A stretch of 32,000 bases of DNA, from positions 1 through 32,000 of the forward strand of contig JBAZYK010000011.1 in NCBI GenBank assembly GCA_041659405.1. The letters are read 5' to 3'. The position numbers were made by a program, and so were the translations under genes. This DNA comes from Candidatus Altimarinota bacterium. GTDB taxonomy: Bacteria; Patescibacteriota; Gracilibacteria; UBA1369. Each line of letters opens with the position of its first letter. Position 1 is the first letter of the stretch. Shown one piece after another: positions 30,987 to 32,000 of this stretch. The notes under the pieces are model-generated. The model was not told the origin of the DNA. It searched no databases and saw only the letters and a program-made list of their open reading frames with translations.

Positions 30987-31830
30987 TGCGATGAAAATTT
31001 AACAAATTCAGAGTAACTGCACCCGGCCTCCCGTTGCCAATTTTCCTTCCATCAATTTTAACCACCGGAATTATACCACGCGGCGCATTGGTTATAAAGA
31101 CCTCATCAGCCGCATACAAATCCTTCAATTTAAAATCCGCCAACAAAGCCTTTATTCCATTTTTTTTGGCGATCTTCATTAAAAAATCACGCGTTGTTCC
31201 GGCCAAAACATTTTTCTTTGGCGAGAGCAAAACGCCATTTTCCACCATGAAAATATTTGTAATTGTTCCTTCCAAAACATAATCGGCGGCATCCACAAAC
31301 ACAGCCTCGTAAACTTTTTTTTGTTGAGCAAGACGCGATCCCATAACCATTGGCAACAAACTAATCGACTTCACCTCGGGCAAATATCGCTGAGCTTTAA
31401 AAGTCACCACCGCCACGCCTTTTTCATAAAACTTTTCCGGTTGAGGCACCAATCTCTGCACCTGAACAAAAATCGTTGGCTTTTCCCCGGGCCCAAAATC
31501 AAATCCATTTTCTCCACGGGTAACGGTAATACGAATACGCGCTTCAGAATCCGCTTCAGCCTTTTCCGATTCACGACCATTTCCAAATCCATTCAATTGC
31601 ACAGTCTTTTCAACCCACTCTCCAATTTGTTTAAAACTCCACGGCAAACGAATTCCCACCAATTTACAGGATTTCCCCAGACGCTTTAAATGCTCATCTA
31701 TCTGCCAAATTCGACCATCATAAGTTCGCAAAGTTTCATAAACGCCGTCTCCATACAAAAAACCATTATCAAAAACGGACACTTTTGCCTGCGCCGCCTT
31801 CAAAAACTTACCATTCAAAAAGACAATCAT
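30973..31830 (-). CDS. class IV aminotransferase (aminodeoxychorismate lyase PabC-like / branched-chain aminotransferase-like)
   Basis: 285 aa. FLYGDGVYETLRTY, HLKRL, the EGTITN-type block (LEGTITNIF) and GTTR are fold-type IV PLP enzyme blocks. The PabC assignment rests on operon context only. Confidence 0.8.
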   Translation of the reverse strand: MIVFLNGKFLKAAQAKVSVFDNGFLYGDGVYETLRTYDGRIWQIDEHLKRLGKSCKLVGIRLPWSFKQIGEWVEKTVQLNGFGNGRESEKAEADSEARIRITVTRGENGFDFGPGEKPTIFVQVQRLVPQPEKFYEKGVAVVTFKAQRYLPEVKSISLLPMVMGSRLAQQKKVYEAVFVDAADYVLEGTITNIFMVENGVLLSPKKNVLAGTTRDFLMKIAKKNGIKALLADFKLKDLYAADEVFITNAPRGIIPVVKIDGRKIGNGRPGAVTLNLLNFHRNECK

Positions 31831-32000
31831 TCCAAAACTTTAAATCCGCATCCATTCTACAACAACCAATCGCAAAAGAAATGCTATTCTTCTTCGGCTT
31901 CTCCCGCTTCCACAGATATATCAAATCCACCAATAGCTGGAGATGCAATCGGAGTAAAAAATTCCGCACTAACTCCCGCAAAACCAGCAAAAGTCAGCAA

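Noticed and set aside
31884-32000. Open minus-strand frame entering from the right edge (…LLTFAGFAGVSAEFFTPIASPAIGGFDISVEAGEAEEE, stop at 31884-31886). The track ORF 31808..31990 overlaps the same region.
   Set aside because: The edge frame is plausible as the C-terminus of an upstream gene, but only 38 codons are visible and there is no motif. The 60-aa track ORF overlaps the pabC-like start and looks spurious.
1-32000. CRISPR arrays, rRNA genes, IS elements or transposases
   Set aside because: None seen. The only tandem repeats are the coding domain repeats (14777-15670), the 11-bp Fic motif units and the two 40-bp units at 24456-24530.

Overview
The window reads as a chromosomal segment from a moderately AT-rich bacterium with almost no Shine-Dalgarno sequences. 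Several housekeeping enzymes carry long insertions, which suggests an uncultivated small-genome (CPR/Patescibacteria-like) lineage; this is inference only. Left to right: tRNA-Arg(GCG); an AT-rich Fic gene preceded by an array of TTAACATG motifs; Smr and alanine dehydrogenase (ATGA-coupled); two unknown genes, one resembling a His-rich beta-barrel; a pentose-phosphate/PRPP block (rpe, unknown, rpiB, prs); a DUF222/HNH protein; two unknown genes; a three-gene glycolipid-type cluster (GT28 MGDG-synthase-like, LPG_synthase_TM flippase-like, GT4); an LPSTG-anchored DUF3494 (ice-binding-like) surface protein with three tandem domains, followed by a sortase fused to three SLH domains; HAD plus an 875-aa phosphoketolase; then on the minus strand a transketolase C-half, HAD, full-length transketolase, DUF3800, a DUF192 lipoprotein and a transketolase N-half; finally a folate operon (class IV aminotransferase/PabC-like, unknown, folP, a 354-bp palindrome-rich gap, PTPS/QueD-family, unknown, folK). 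I saw no CRISPR array, rRNA, transposase or integrase. No complete recognisable novel system stands out. The best leads are the SLH-sortase/LPSTG pair, the DUF3800 insertion with its flanking promoter, long inverted repeat and tandem repeats, the folB-less folate operon with two unknown coupled ORFs and a structured gap, and the separated split-transketolase halves.
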